Position numbers and translations under genes: made by a program. From sequence record OL770074.2: a stretch of DNA of 64,000 nt; one strand, 5' to 3'. The stretch comes from Escherichia phage vB_EcoM-RPN187. Below, piece by piece: positions 44,499 through 54,199 of this stretch. Position 1 is the stretch's first letter. Every line of letters begins with the position of its first letter. Under the pieces are notes generated by a model that had not been told where the DNA came from, did not search any database, and worked only from the letters and a program-made list of their open reading frames with translations.

Positions 44499-46312
44499 TG
44501 GTGTTTAACCCTATGCATGATTTCTTTATTTTTGCCGAGATTAAATCCGCGTTCGTTCGGATTTCCAAGATATCCGCATGTTCTTCTTATGGTGTTCATC
44601 TTTTTAGGATCAGTTTCTCCACAAACTGAACAAACAAATCCGTTTTCAGTAGGAGTCATTTCATGGGTACTTCCGCACGTAAAACATTTATCTACTGGCA
44701 TATTAACACCAAAATAATCTAAATGTTGTGCAGCATAATCCCATACAGCCTCAAGACCTTTTAGGTTATTTTTCATATCAGGAAGTTCAACATAAGAAAT
44801 GTGACCACCTGTCGCAATGAAATGATATGGCGCTTCACGAGAAATCTTTTCAAATGGAGTAATATTTTCTTCTACTGAAACATGGAAACTATTAGTGTAC
44901 CAGCCTTTATCAGTAACATCTTTTACACTTCCATATTTTTCTGTATCAAGTTTACAGAAGCGATAACAAAGGTTTTCAGCAGGAGTAGAATACAGGCTAA
45001 AAGCAAAACCGGTTCTTTCAGTCCACTGCTTAAGACGAGCATTCATTTTAGTCAAAATTTCCTGTCCAATATCACGTCCGACAAGAATATTCAATTCGTG
45101 AATACCAACGTATCCTAAAGACACCGAACTTCTACCGTTTTTAAATAACTCAATTATGTCGTCATCAGGTTTAAGACGAACCCCGAATGCACCTTCTTGG
45201 TAAAGAATAGGAGCAACAGTAGCTTTAACTCCTTTTAAGGAACTAATTCTACACATCAATGCTTCAAAACACAAATCCATTCGTTCATTGAACAATTCGG
45301 CAAATTTCTGTTCATTGAACTGTGTTCCAATATAAGAATCTAATGCAATACGAGGAAGATTCAGTGTTACAACGCCAAGATTATTACGTCCATCAAGAAT
45401 TTCATTACCAGTCGAATCTTTCCATACGCTCAAGAAACTGCGGCAACCCATTGGAGAAACAGGAACAGATGAACCGGTGATAGCTTTATTATTCTTAACT
45501 GAAATAATATCAGGATACATTCTTTTGCTTGCGCATTCTAAAGCAAGCTGCTTAATATCATAGTTCGGATCGTCTTTATAAAGATTAACACCCTCTTCAA
45601 CAAACATAACAAGTTTAGGGAAAATAGGAGTTATCCCATCGCGTCCAAGGCCTTTAATACGATTTTTCAGAATTGCTTTCTGAATCATTCGTTCAGTCCA
45701 GTCAGTTCCCGTACCAAACGTAATTGTTACAAAAGGCGTTTGTCCGTTTGAACTAAAGAGAGTATTTACTTCATATTCATACGCTTGGAATGCATCGTAT
45801 ACATCTTTTTCTGTTTTAGATTGGGCATAATTCAACGCATCAGCGATTTGCCATTTTTCTGCATCCTCAATATGTTTTGCATAGGTGCGTTTAACATAAG
45901 GAGAAAGAACTTTATCGACATTCGCAAATGTAGTTCCACCATACTGATGCGAAGCAACCTGTGCAGTAATTTGCGCCATAATTGCAGTAGCAACACCGAT
46001 TGATTTAGGAGTTTCAATCTGTGCATTACCGAGCTTAAATCCGTTCTCAAGCATTCCTTTTAAATCTACTAAACAGCAATTAGTAAACGGAAGAGCAGGG
46101 GAATAATCAATATCGTGCACGTGAATAATTCCGCTTTCATGCGCTTTCATAATAAAAGACGGGACCATATTTTTGGCAATGTGCTTAGACACAATACCAG
46201 CCATAAGGTCCCGTTGAGTTGGAAAAACACGAGAATCTTTATTAGCATTCTCGTTTAAAAGGTCTTTATTAGTTTTATGAATCAATCCTTCAATTTCTTT
46301 TTCAATTGTCAT
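44495..46312 (-). CDS. nrdD: anaerobic ribonucleoside-triphosphate reductase NrdD (glycyl radical enzyme), intron-free
   Basis: 605 aa; C-terminal zinc ribbon CFTCGS...CSVCG and glycyl radical motif RTCGYLG. Confidence 0.9.
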   Translation of the reverse strand: MTIEKEIEGLIHKTNKDLLNENANKDSRVFPTQRDLMAGIVSKHIAKNMVPSFIMKAHESGIIHVHDIDYSPALPFTNCCLVDLKGMLENGFKLGNAQIETPKSIGVATAIMAQITAQVASHQYGGTTFANVDKVLSPYVKRTYAKHIEDAEKWQIADALNYAQSKTEKDVYDAFQAYEYEVNTLFSSNGQTPFVTITFGTGTDWTERMIQKAILKNRIKGLGRDGITPIFPKLVMFVEEGVNLYKDDPNYDIKQLALECASKRMYPDIISVKNNKAITGSSVPVSPMGCRSFLSVWKDSTGNEILDGRNNLGVVTLNLPRIALDSYIGTQFNEQKFAELFNERMDLCFEALMCRISSLKGVKATVAPILYQEGAFGVRLKPDDDIIELFKNGRSSVSLGYVGIHELNILVGRDIGQEILTKMNARLKQWTERTGFAFSLYSTPAENLCYRFCKLDTEKYGSVKDVTDKGWYTNSFHVSVEENITPFEKISREAPYHFIATGGHISYVELPDMKNNLKGLEAVWDYAAQHLDYFGVNMPVDKCFTCGSTHEMTPTENGFVCSVCGETDPKKMNTIRRTCGYLGNPNERGFNLGKNKEIMHRVKHQ

Positions 46313-46782
46313 TTTAAACTCTTTCTAAGCTGCTTTTTGAATGAAGCTATTAATTGTGTTTTAGTATCAGATTCATTATATTCAAATCCTCTTTGAAGCA
46401 TCTCAGCCATCATTTCCTCTTTACCTAGTCTTGAGAACTCTTTAGTTTTGTCTGGAACAAAATTAGGATGGATATTATTATCAGAATAATCTTGTTTCAA
46501 ATAAGCGAGAAGAGCTTCAAGCCATTCGAGGTAGTCGACATCACGTCCTTTAAGACCGGAACGGTTGAACTTATGCTTCATTTGACCTTCTGCTGCGTTG
46601 CACAGATTACAGAGTAATCCACGAACTCTACCGGCTTTTGGCCCGTTTAATTCATGGTCGTGGTCAAGATGGTTACCTTGAACATCAGGGTCTAATTCAC
46701 GGTGGCAAATAGGACACTTACCGTTCTGTGCATCATAAAATTTTTGTTTTTCTTCTTTATATTTTGCGCCTGATAATAACAT
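46309..46782 (-). CDS. 49: recombination endonuclease VII gp49
   Basis: 157 aa; CPICHREL...HLDHDHELNGPKAG.VRGLLCNLCNAAEG matches recalled T4 endo VII. Confidence 0.9.
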   Translation of the reverse strand: MLLSGAKYKEEKQKFYDAQNGKCPICHRELDPDVQGNHLDHDHELNGPKAGRVRGLLCNLCNAAEGQMKHKFNRSGLKGRDVDYLEWLEALLAYLKQDYSDNNIHPNFVPDKTKEFSRLGKEEMMAEMLQRGFEYNESDTKTQLIASFKKQLRKSLK

Positions 46783-46807
46783 GATAAACCCTTACCTTAA
46801 ATAGATA
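46783..46807 (-). promoter_or_regulatory. hairpin CCCUUA...UAAGGG whose 3' arm contains the gene 49 SD
   Basis: 6-bp inverted repeat directly upstream of gp49 ATG; T4 gene 49 is known to have SD-sequestering structure. Confidence 0.4.
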
Positions 46808-46817
46808 AGGGTATTTA

Positions 46818-47243
46818 TTAACTTAAACGTCTTTCTAAATATTCAATGTATTCTGCGGCTGCTTGCATCAGGTTACCTTCATAGCCGTCGTTATTTTCTT
46901 GTCCAGCTAATTTAGCTAATGCATAAGAAATTCGTTCACCTTCGAATTCACCAAGTTTACTACCTAGCACATCCGCAATATCAGCCGAATCAATTTCTTC
47001 GAGTTCATCTATTGAATGGGATTCCCAGAAGCACCAAAGAGAAGTATCACGGTCATAGATGCAAAGTTTCTCACCTGTGTTCAACATCACTTCGATAATG
47101 CCATGGCCGCCATAACCATCTTCGGTAGTAGTACCAATTACCTTGATGATTGTTCCTTTCTTTAATTCAGGAAACTTGTCTTGTAGTTCTTCATCTTCTT
47201 TAACAATCTTGAACCATTTACCGCGAGTTTCAGAAATATTCAT
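46818..47243 (-). CDS. hypothetical acidic protein
   Basis: 141 aa, ATG, SD AGAGGA. Confidence 0.5.
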   Translation of the reverse strand: MNISETRGKWFKIVKEDEELQDKFPELKKGTIIKVIGTTTEDGYGGHGIIEVMLNTGEKLCIYDRDTSLWCFWESHSIDELEEIDSADIADVLGSKLGEFEGERISYALAKLAGQENNDGYEGNLMQAAAEYIEYLERRLS

Positions 47244-47244
47244 A

Positions 47245-47415
47245 TCAATATCCTCTATAAAAGTTGCGATGCGTGCGTTTCGCTTTGCGAAGCTGACGTT
47301 TAGTTGGTCGAACCGTAAATGGTCGTCCGGAGAAAAAATTTGGTTCGGTTTTAATCAACACATACCAATCGTGTTCGCCACTTTTTAATAAACGGTACAA
47401 TAATTTAACTTGCAT
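47245..47415 (-). CDS. possible small basic protein (56 aa)
   Basis: ATG (MQVKLLY) with SD GGAAGAG; ORF-track start TTG. Confidence 0.35.
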   Translation of the reverse strand: MQVKLLYRLLKSGEHDWYVLIKTEPNFFSGRPFTVRPTKRQLRKAKRTHRNFYRGY

Positions 47416-47464
47416 AATAATCTCTTCCCATTTCCAAATCAATCATATCGTTTACTGTAGGTTC

Positions 47465-47494
47465 ATCATAACACGTTTCTTCGTCGTTGTAAAC
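47465..47494 (-). promoter_or_regulatory. early promoter: -35 GTTTAC, 18 nt, -10 TATGAT, preceded by 8-bp hairpin CGGCUCGA/UCGAGCCG
   Basis: minus-strand read. Confidence 0.45.
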
Positions 47495-47543
47495 TGTTTC
47501 GACGTCCGGCTCGACAGTTTCCCATCGAGCCGAATACCATGGT

Positions 47544-47861
47544 TTAACCCCGGAGTTTATTGAGCTCTTCATAATCAATCCAGGATTCTAGCCCTGACGG
47601 CAGGTCACATTCAATGTTCCACAGAAGCTCTTCGATGGCTTGTAGGCGATTATATTCTTCAACAGTAATAGTAACCATTGTTTCAGGCTTTTTAACCATC
47701 ATGTCATTCATCAGAATGTACAGGTCGTCCCATGTCCATATTTCAGCATCTCGAACTAATGAAGTCGGAATCGAATTTAAAACTTCAATCTTAGTAGGAG
47801 CGTCAGGGCCGAGAAGAGTTGCTACAAATTTATACGCTCTGGCGAAATCAATATCATTCAT
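47544..47861 (-). CDS. hypothetical protein
   Basis: 105 aa, ATGA overlap with nrdC stop. Confidence 0.5.
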   Translation of the reverse strand: MNDIDFARAYKFVATLLGPDAPTKIEVLNSIPTSLVRDAEIWTWDDLYILMNDMMVKKPETMVTITVEEYNRLQAIEELLWNIECDLPSGLESWIDYEELNKLRG

Positions 47862-48121
47862 TTAAAATATTCTCGCAGTTGGTCAAATCCACCAATGTGA
47901 CTTCCGTCAGGAGCAAACACTTGAGGCATAGTCAATCCGACTTGTGATTCACGTCCAAGCTTAACCAGAAGCTCAGCAATTTTCTCATCATCAAAAACAC
48001 CTTTTTCTGGCATAACATTAATGAATTCAAATGGCTGTTTCTTAACAGTCAGCAATCGTTTCGCATTATCGCAATAAATGCATTTATGAATAGTAGAGTC
48101 ATACCCATACACTTTAAACAT
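47858..48121 (-). CDS. nrdC: thioredoxin/glutaredoxin NrdC
   Basis: 87 aa from ATG (MFKVYGYDS...CIYC), nearly identical to recalled T4 NrdC. Confidence 0.85.
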   Translation of the reverse strand: MFKVYGYDSTIHKCIYCDNAKRLLTVKKQPFEFINVMPEKGVFDDEKIAELLVKLGRESQVGLTMPQVFAPDGSHIGGFDQLREYFK

Positions 48122-48527
48122 TATTTTTCCTTTCATCAATTAAATATGCAATGCCAAATACAATACATGTAATAAAACCTGTGATACAGATAGAAACCAA
48201 CAACACTGTACCAAAGAACCAAATCAAGTTATCTTTAGTAGTTTGTTTGATATCCATCTCACGAATTTCTATAGCTATCGTATCACCTTTATTAAGAAGC
48301 GTATAAAACGATGGTGATACATGCCTGTCAAAAACTCGTCCTTGTTCATCTTTATAAACTGCAATAAATTCTAATTTAGAATATTTTCCTGTAGATTGAC
48401 CTGAGATTAATTCTACTACCTCCACAGGAATTACTTTAGTTTCCATGTAAGTATTCTGGCTGTTCCAAATGAATGGAATGATGGCAAAAACTAAAGCTGT
48501 AATAAAACAACGAAGGCTATATCTCAT
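48114..48527 (-). CDS. hypothetical membrane protein
   Basis: 137 aa; N- and C-terminal hydrophobic segments. Confidence 0.5.
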   Translation of the reverse strand: MRYSLRCFITALVFAIIPFIWNSQNTYMETKVIPVEVVELISGQSTGKYSKLEFIAVYKDEQGRVFDRHVSPSFYTLLNKGDTIAIEIREMDIKQTTKDNLIWFFGTVLLVSICITGFITCIVFGIAYLIDERKNNV

Positions 48528-48832
48528 TATAATGTTCTCTCAAATTTGTGGAAGCATTTACGGCATTTCAATTTCAAGTTATCAGTGGTCCAGTTAACCA
48601 GTTGGACTTGGATAGTTCCACATTCCGGACATGGATGTTTTGCTGCCGATTTGGCAGCATTTTCACGTCGTTCAACCATTTTCATTATTTCGTTCCATGC
48701 CGGAGGAACGAACTCTTCTTCACCGTGGATTTTATCTCGCTGAACAAATTCAATCTTTGAACTATCGTCGATAAACTTAACCAAGCTGTGATTAGTGCTC
48801 ATGTCAATATCCTCTAAAAGACGTAGTTTCAT
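48527..48832 (-). CDS. hypothetical zinc-ribbon protein
   Basis: 101 aa; CPECG...CRKC; SD GAGGT. Confidence 0.5.
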   Translation of the reverse strand: MKLRLLEDIDMSTNHSLVKFIDDSSKIEFVQRDKIHGEEEFVPPAWNEIMKMVERRENAAKSAAKHPCPECGTIQVQLVNWTTDNLKLKCRKCFHKFERTL

Positions 48833-49782
48833 TATAAAACCTCAATGGCATTTCGTAAACCATCCGCTTTCGCATTCAGAGCTTTTAACGATTTAGTTTT
48901 TTCTGCAATCTGGGCTTCGACTTCTTTCAGTCGAGATTTGAGATATTCGCGTTCTTCTCTTAAATTATCAACTTTTTCTACTTTAGGTTCTTTAATAGGC
49001 TTAGGTTTATACGTATTAGGGTTCTTCAGTTTAATTAGAATGTGTGAACTGTACAGCATTGAACCATTATCTTCGGTTTCGTCATACATTTCCACTACGT
49101 CCATCATCTCCACCATCGTGCAGAGTTTATAAGACAACGAACGAATAGTTTTGTTGTGCTTATTAATTTCTTTAGAGTTCATGGTGCCTAGATTACGCGA
49201 GTAGTAATAAGGAACCTGGATATCAATTGTCAATGATGCGTTACCATTACCAGTTGGTTTGAATACTGCAGTAACCCAATCTTTAACATGAACTTTATTT
49301 GTACGACCATCGCCACCTGTGAATAATTTACGAGAATGTTTAAAAAGCATATTCACTTGGTTATTGAATTCACAAGCAAATTTATCAGCAAATTTAGTTT
49401 CAGGAATGGTAGATAACCAATCAGCCAAGTAGGTCTTTTTAACATCGTTAACAATAGTAAATTCAACCAAATCGGTTATAGATGTCGCAGTTTTAATGAA
49501 GCTCGGCTTCATAAAGTTTTTAATGTTATCGCGAGCTACAGTAGAAGATAATAAACGAGAACGTTTGAACCATTGAAGCAGTGTCCCTAATGAATGAGAA
49601 TACGCGTTTTGAGTATCTTTACAGATATGATTTTCTTGGCCTGTGTATGTACCAAAATCGCGAAGAATGCCACTTACTACAACTCGGTGTGGAACATCAA
49701 ATCCTAATGATCCAGAAGCACGTTGGGCATGAACGTTAGCGATAAGACCTGCAAAATAATCAATGTAATGTGAACGTGTCAT
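48832..49782 (-). CDS. hypothetical protein with C-terminal coiled coil
   Basis: 316 aa, ATG, SD GAGAGGAAA. Confidence 0.55.
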   Translation of the reverse strand: MTRSHYIDYFAGLIANVHAQRASGSLGFDVPHRVVVSGILRDFGTYTGQENHICKDTQNAYSHSLGTLLQWFKRSRLLSSTVARDNIKNFMKPSFIKTATSITDLVEFTIVNDVKKTYLADWLSTIPETKFADKFACEFNNQVNMLFKHSRKLFTGGDGRTNKVHVKDWVTAVFKPTGNGNASLTIDIQVPYYYSRNLGTMNSKEINKHNKTIRSLSYKLCTMVEMMDVVEMYDETEDNGSMLYSSHILIKLKNPNTYKPKPIKEPKVEKVDNLREEREYLKSRLKEVEAQIAEKTKSLKALNAKADGLRNAIEVL

Positions 49783-49810
49783 AATATTTTCCTCTCGTTA
49801 AGATAGAAAG

Positions 49811-49840
49811 ATTATACTCCAACCATCCTTGGTTGTAAAC
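49811..49840 (-). promoter_or_regulatory. early promoter: -35 GTTTAC, 18-nt spacer with small hairpin, -10 TATAAT
   Basis: minus-strand read; near-identical copy at 50804..50831. Confidence 0.55.
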
Positions 49841-49844
49841 TGAT

Positions 49845-50777
49845 TTATGATTTTAATGCATTCATTGCGTTAAAAAGTTTAGAGTACTGCAACTGGAGCT
49901 TGGTGACTACTTGTTGAGCATCACGAAGCTTAGCTTGTGCTTTGTCAAGTTCAACAGACAGTTGGTCCACAGTGCCTTTGATTTGATTATAATAGTAATC
50001 TTCTGCAGGAAGAAGACCGTTAGAGATTTCCAGTTTAGTCGACGGTGTGCCATTAAACATAACAGGTTGTGCTGAAGCCGCATTAATCTTACCGATAGTC
50101 GGGGCGACAATAATTGACGCTTCGAACGTTGCATTTTCCTTTTTAAGATTTTTATAATATTCAGAGTCTTTGTGCCACCATGGTGCAGGAACCTTTTTAC
50201 CAATAGATACACGAGCCTGGATAGCGATATGGCCCTTATTCTTGATAGGGTCGATAATATTAAGCTCACGAGAATAAATTGCTTTAATCTGGTGGATATT
50301 ATCACCTAACACTTCCAACGCTTGGTGGAATACACGAGCAACGTTATCATTCTTAGGTTTATACGTAAGAGTGAACTCGTTCTCACTGATAACCATGATT
50401 TCTAACTTATCGTAAGTATATTTCAAATGTTTCATGTTAATTGCTTGAGGACGAATACGAGAAGCAATGGCCATCAAATTGTTAAGGTTATTCCGGAACT
50501 GCTTAGCGAAATATTGTCCTTCACCGCCAATACAAAAATTACGAAGTTTCTGTTTGGCTAATAAACGGCTGAACTCACCATTTTTAATGAACTCTTTAAC
50601 GGGTGTGTTAGTAACGCATTCAAATTGAGTAAACTTACGAGAAGTAATCCCATAATATGAACAGATTTCCTCAATCTCTTCAGGAGTCTTTACAGGCATA
50701 CGGATAGGATTAGGACCTGGGGTATATGCGTTCGAGGTAAATTCTTTGATAAGTTCTCTACGTGTAATAGAAGCCAT
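49845..50777 (-). CDS. hypothetical protein with C-terminal coiled coil
   Basis: 310 aa, ATG, SD AGGA. Confidence 0.55.
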   Translation of the reverse strand: MASITRRELIKEFTSNAYTPGPNPIRMPVKTPEEIEEICSYYGITSRKFTQFECVTNTPVKEFIKNGEFSRLLAKQKLRNFCIGGEGQYFAKQFRNNLNNLMAIASRIRPQAINMKHLKYTYDKLEIMVISENEFTLTYKPKNDNVARVFHQALEVLGDNIHQIKAIYSRELNIIDPIKNKGHIAIQARVSIGKKVPAPWWHKDSEYYKNLKKENATFEASIIVAPTIGKINAASAQPVMFNGTPSTKLEISNGLLPAEDYYYNQIKGTVDQLSVELDKAQAKLRDAQQVVTKLQLQYSKLFNAMNALKS

Positions 50778-50803
50778 TTTATATTCCTCATGTTGAAAAA
50801 TTT

Positions 50804-50831
50804 ATTATACTCCAACCATCCTTGGTTGTAC
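50804..50831 (-). promoter_or_regulatory. early promoter, variant -35 GTACAA, -10 TATAAT
   Basis: near-identical to cassette at 49811..49840. Confidence 0.45.
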
Positions 50832-50832
50832 A

Positions 50833-51828
50833 TCATTCCTTAAGAAGTTTTACTACTTGAATAAGATTAGCTCGTTCTGTTTTATTTTTACCGTTTAAGC
50901 CTGCTAATCGTGAGATTTCATCGTCAGTCTGTTGAATAGTTACATTAAGTTCGTTAATCAAAGCTTCAAAGTATTTGATTTGCTCAGCATGTTTTGATTC
51001 AAATTTCTGAACCGGAATAACGTCTTGGTTCAGTTCATCAATAAGGTCTTTAAGAGCATCTTCTTGATTGATATCATATTCAACTTCTTTTATTTCTTCA
51101 ACGAGCTCGTCTTTATATCTAACGTCTTTTAGTCCTGGTGCTGGTCCTGAAATCTCTTCTTTAAGAGTACAAACATATCCAATACGGTATCCAATGCCGT
51201 CTCGCTTGATATCAACTTCGTCAATAAATCCACAATGTTTAAGACCAGAGCCGATTAAGTCAAAATATCCTTGACGACGTCCTTCAAACGTTACACGAAC
51301 TACTAAGACAGTTTTACCTGCAACCTTTTGAAGCTCACATTTATAAAAGTTTGTTGAACCTGAATAACGTGGATGAGTTTTAAAGTTCATCTGACGATCT
51401 AGGCCCATTTGTAAGCGTGCTGATACGGCCATAAAACGTGTTTGGTTCTCGTTAAGATGAGCAACAATCCATTTCAAAGGCATTTTACACTGTTCACGTC
51501 CGAACAAATCAGTACGTCCTAGATTACGCAGGATGTTGTTAGAGTTAATCATCGACAGAACGTTAAGTTTATTCAGCGCGCTGAAGATTCCATCGGCCAT
51601 TGATTTTCCGTAACCTTTACACGCTTTAATAAGCGCTCGCGGTAGATTAGTATAGATTTCAGACGGCATATGAAAATCAAATTTACTAGTCAGTAATTGA
51701 TGAACTTGGATAGCAATTTGCTCATAATTAAGTGCTCTGCGATCATTATGGTCTTTAAACCACACTTTAATCTGTGAAGCACATAAACCGTTAATTTCAT
51801 GTTTTACCGCATCAGATGTAATGCTCAT
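50833..51828 (-). CDS. hypothetical protein with C-terminal coiled coil
   Basis: 331 aa, ATG, SD GAGGAAA. Confidence 0.55.
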   Translation of the reverse strand: MSITSDAVKHEINGLCASQIKVWFKDHNDRRALNYEQIAIQVHQLLTSKFDFHMPSEIYTNLPRALIKACKGYGKSMADGIFSALNKLNVLSMINSNNILRNLGRTDLFGREQCKMPLKWIVAHLNENQTRFMAVSARLQMGLDRQMNFKTHPRYSGSTNFYKCELQKVAGKTVLVVRVTFEGRRQGYFDLIGSGLKHCGFIDEVDIKRDGIGYRIGYVCTLKEEISGPAPGLKDVRYKDELVEEIKEVEYDINQEDALKDLIDELNQDVIPVQKFESKHAEQIKYFEALINELNVTIQQTDDEISRLAGLNGKNKTERANLIQVVKLLKE

Positions 51829-51863
51829 AACTATTTCCTCAGATTGAATTGGAACTCAAAACC

Positions 51864-51889
51864 ATTATAACCCGTCCTTGGGTAAAGCG
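51864..51889 (-). promoter_or_regulatory. possible middle-type promoter (CGCTTTA box 13 nt upstream of -10 TATAAT)
   Basis: box deviates from TGCTT consensus. Confidence 0.3.
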
Positions 51890-51890
51890 T

Positions 51891-52418
51891 TTATGCGTGA
51901 ACCGTCTTTAAACGTTCTTCAAATTTCCGAAGAGTACTAATACGTTCTGCTTTCTGTTTTGTATAGTTTGCAATACGTTCTGAAGTGAGAGCGTATCGTT
52001 CATTTACTGTTTCTTTCATGAAGTCAGGGATTTCACGAGAAGCTTTAATTTCATCAAACTTATCGAGTACTGCCTGGTCTTCAGTGATTAAATTTTCGTA
52101 CATCTCGATATCTTTCTTGATGAAGTCGATATCTTCCTGGGTTACTTTGGATAAACGAGATGCTTTATCCTTTTTGTACTGCTCGTTAGTTTCACGAGAC
52201 CAGAATAATGTACGTTTTTTGTTAGTGTTTTTGTAGACTTCCACAATTCCAACTGAATCAATGATAGCAATCCAATTCCAGCGAGATTTGAAAATCTGAC
52301 CTCCGTCCACGGTAATCTCGTTACCATAAGCAACGTCATTAAAGAACTTGCTTTGTGCTTCAGATTTAAATTTACCGTCGTTATAATTTACCAGGTTGAA
52401 AATATCTTTAGCGTTCAT
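51891..52418 (-). CDS. hypothetical protein
   Basis: 175 aa, ATG, SD GGAGGT. Confidence 0.55.
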   Translation of the reverse strand: MNAKDIFNLVNYNDGKFKSEAQSKFFNDVAYGNEITVDGGQIFKSRWNWIAIIDSVGIVEVYKNTNKKRTLFWSRETNEQYKKDKASRLSKVTQEDIDFIKKDIEMYENLITEDQAVLDKFDEIKASREIPDFMKETVNERYALTSERIANYTKQKAERISTLRKFEERLKTVHA

Positions 52419-52445
52419 GTTTTACCTCCAGTAGTTGATAGGTCT

Positions 52446-52474
52446 ATAATAACACAACCATAGACCTTGTAAAC
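52446..52474 (-). promoter_or_regulatory. early promoter: -35 GTTTAC, 17 nt, -10 TATTAT
   Basis: minus-strand read; contains gataggtctataata core. Confidence 0.55.
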
Positions 52475-52476
52475 AA

Positions 52477-52764
52477 CTAAAAGAAACTTTTTTCGGTATT
52501 TTTTCCACTGAACCAAACAGACTTCGGGACTTTCTGTAATTTTTCAGATTTAAGTTTCTCTTCCTGTTCTTTCTTATATGCATCCTTGTCGTACTGGAAC
52601 AACTCTAGGGCATTCTTTTGTAGACGGTCTAAGGTAATTAAGGCTTTAGTTTTTCCTTTCAAGGAAGAGTCCTGGCGAACCTCCTCGCTATATTGCATCG
52701 TAGAACTAACCATACGATGAGCATACAGTTCGACTGCGGCTTTAATTTTTTGCATAAAATCCAT
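52477..52764 (-). CDS. hypothetical protein
   Basis: 95 aa, ATG, SD GAGGA. Confidence 0.5.
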   Translation of the reverse strand: MDFMQKIKAAVELYAHRMVSSTMQYSEEVRQDSSLKGKTKALITLDRLQKNALELFQYDKDAYKKEQEEKLKSEKLQKVPKSVWFSGKNTEKSFF

Positions 52765-52902
52765 AACATATCCTCTTTGATTTGTACACCATTATTTTTA
52801 AATATTTCTATGCCCTCAGTAGGTTCCTGGTGTCCTTCTTTGAGGTAAGCCATATGATTATTCATCTTTATGGCTTTTGTTACCTCAGAACTTCCTATAA
52901 GC

Positions 52903-53883
52903 TTATTTCAGTAAAGTTACTTCAGAGATTTCTTCCCAACCATCTTTATCAGTTGAAATAAAATCTGCTACATAAAGAGCCGTACGTAATGATACATTGC
53001 GAAGACGAGATACGTTAGCCTTCATCCAGGACAATGCTTTATACGTTTCTGCATCGGTCAGACCACGTTTCTGCATCATGTCAGTAGATAATATTACATC
53101 TTCAACTCGAACCATAATCTCTTCATTAGAGTGTACTCCAAGGTCGAGATACACCGAACGAGATACTAAAGCTTGAAGGTGTGGGGCAAGTTTCGAACCG
53201 CGTTCTAACTCTTTATCGATATCAACGTTTGTAATGAAAACGATAGTACCTTCAAACTCAAATTCTTTATCAATACCCTTATCATCGAGATAAGATGACG
53301 CAGTGCTCCAGCAAACTTTGCGTTTATCTCCAGTATCTAATGCTGCTTTAAGAAGGTTCAAGATGTCCATATCTGAGAATACGTCAACGTCGTCGATTAA
53401 GAGAACGCTGTCTGCATCACGGTTGAGCCAAAGTTGTTCGTAAAGGCCAATACCGGAGATTTTACCATTAATGCTTTTGTATTTGATGAAACCATTATCA
53501 TTAGCGTTATTAAGTGCTTTATCCAGAGAATACGTCTTACCAATACCAGCTGCACCTGAAATAATGAGTGAACGAATTTTGCCATCGATAATGCCATTCG
53601 TCATCATGTTCATTACTTTAAAGCGTTTGTTGATACGAGTTTTCATATCTTCAGTGCTTTCAACAACTGCAACTGGTGATGTCTCAACTCCTTCCATTAC
53701 GATGTCTGATTTGAAGACCCATACTCCACGTTCAGAACCATCAATCATAACGAAAATTTTACCATCACCTAAGTGGGAACATTCAGGATTAAGCTTTGCC
53801 GGGAACCATGTCTTTGTGGCGACATAAGAACCAGAGATTTCGTTATTACGATAGATACCTTTTTTGATTTGAACGTTGAACAT
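52903..53883 (-). CDS. P-loop NTPase (AAA-like) of unknown function
   Basis: Walker A GAAGIGKT, Walker B LLIDDVD; ATG (MFNVQIKKG) with SD GGAG chosen. Confidence 0.55.
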   Translation of the reverse strand: MFNVQIKKGIYRNNEISGSYVATKTWFPAKLNPECSHLGDGKIFVMIDGSERGVWVFKSDIVMEGVETSPVAVVESTEDMKTRINKRFKVMNMMTNGIIDGKIRSLIISGAAGIGKTYSLDKALNNANDNGFIKYKSINGKISGIGLYEQLWLNRDADSVLLIDDVDVFSDMDILNLLKAALDTGDKRKVCWSTASSYLDDKGIDKEFEFEGTIVFITNVDIDKELERGSKLAPHLQALVSRSVYLDLGVHSNEEIMVRVEDVILSTDMMQKRGLTDAETYKALSWMKANVSRLRNVSLRTALYVADFISTDKDGWEEISEVTLLK

Positions 53884-53921
53884 TTTATTCTCCAATTTAC
53901 TCATTTCGTTTCGATAGGTCT

Positions 53922-53950
53922 ATAATAACATGTTTAAAGCAAAAGTAAAC
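53922..53950 (-). promoter_or_regulatory. early promoter: -35 GTTTAC, 17 nt, -10 TATTAT
   Basis: minus-strand read. Confidence 0.55.
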
Positions 53951-53952
53951 AA

Positions 53953-54171
53953 TTATTTGCGACGAGATTTTTTGGTAAGAGGTTGAAAGAACACTGCTTT
54001 ACCTGCTGGGGTTAAGGTGACTCGTAACGCATTACCGATTCCCAAGGATGCTTTAACTAGACCTTTAGCTTTCAGTTCACCGAATGCTTGACGTTGGTCT
54101 GCATCACGAGTGTTAACCATAAGACCTTTATCACCAGCTTCACGAATCATTTCTAACATTTTGGTTTTCAT
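53953..54171 (-). CDS. hypothetical small basic protein (72 aa)
   Basis: ATG (MKTKMLEM) with SD GAGGAG; track N-terminus is translated cassette (IDLSKQEEN). Confidence 0.5.
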   Translation of the reverse strand: MKTKMLEMIREAGDKGLMVNTRDADQRQAFGELKAKGLVKASLGIGNALRVTLTPAGKAVFFQPLTKKSRRK

Positions 54172-54199
54172 TTTGTTCTCCTCTTGTTTTGATAGGTCT

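Noticed and set aside
46783-46800. Late promoter upstream of gene 49
   Set aside because: Sequence is AATAAATA rather than the exact TATAAATA; noted only as a possibility.
52659-52865. 68-aa minus-strand ORF overlapping the start of 52477..52764
   Set aside because: Out of frame with a better-supported gene (SD GAGGA + ATG); nearest SD-like sequence is about 17 nt from its ATG.
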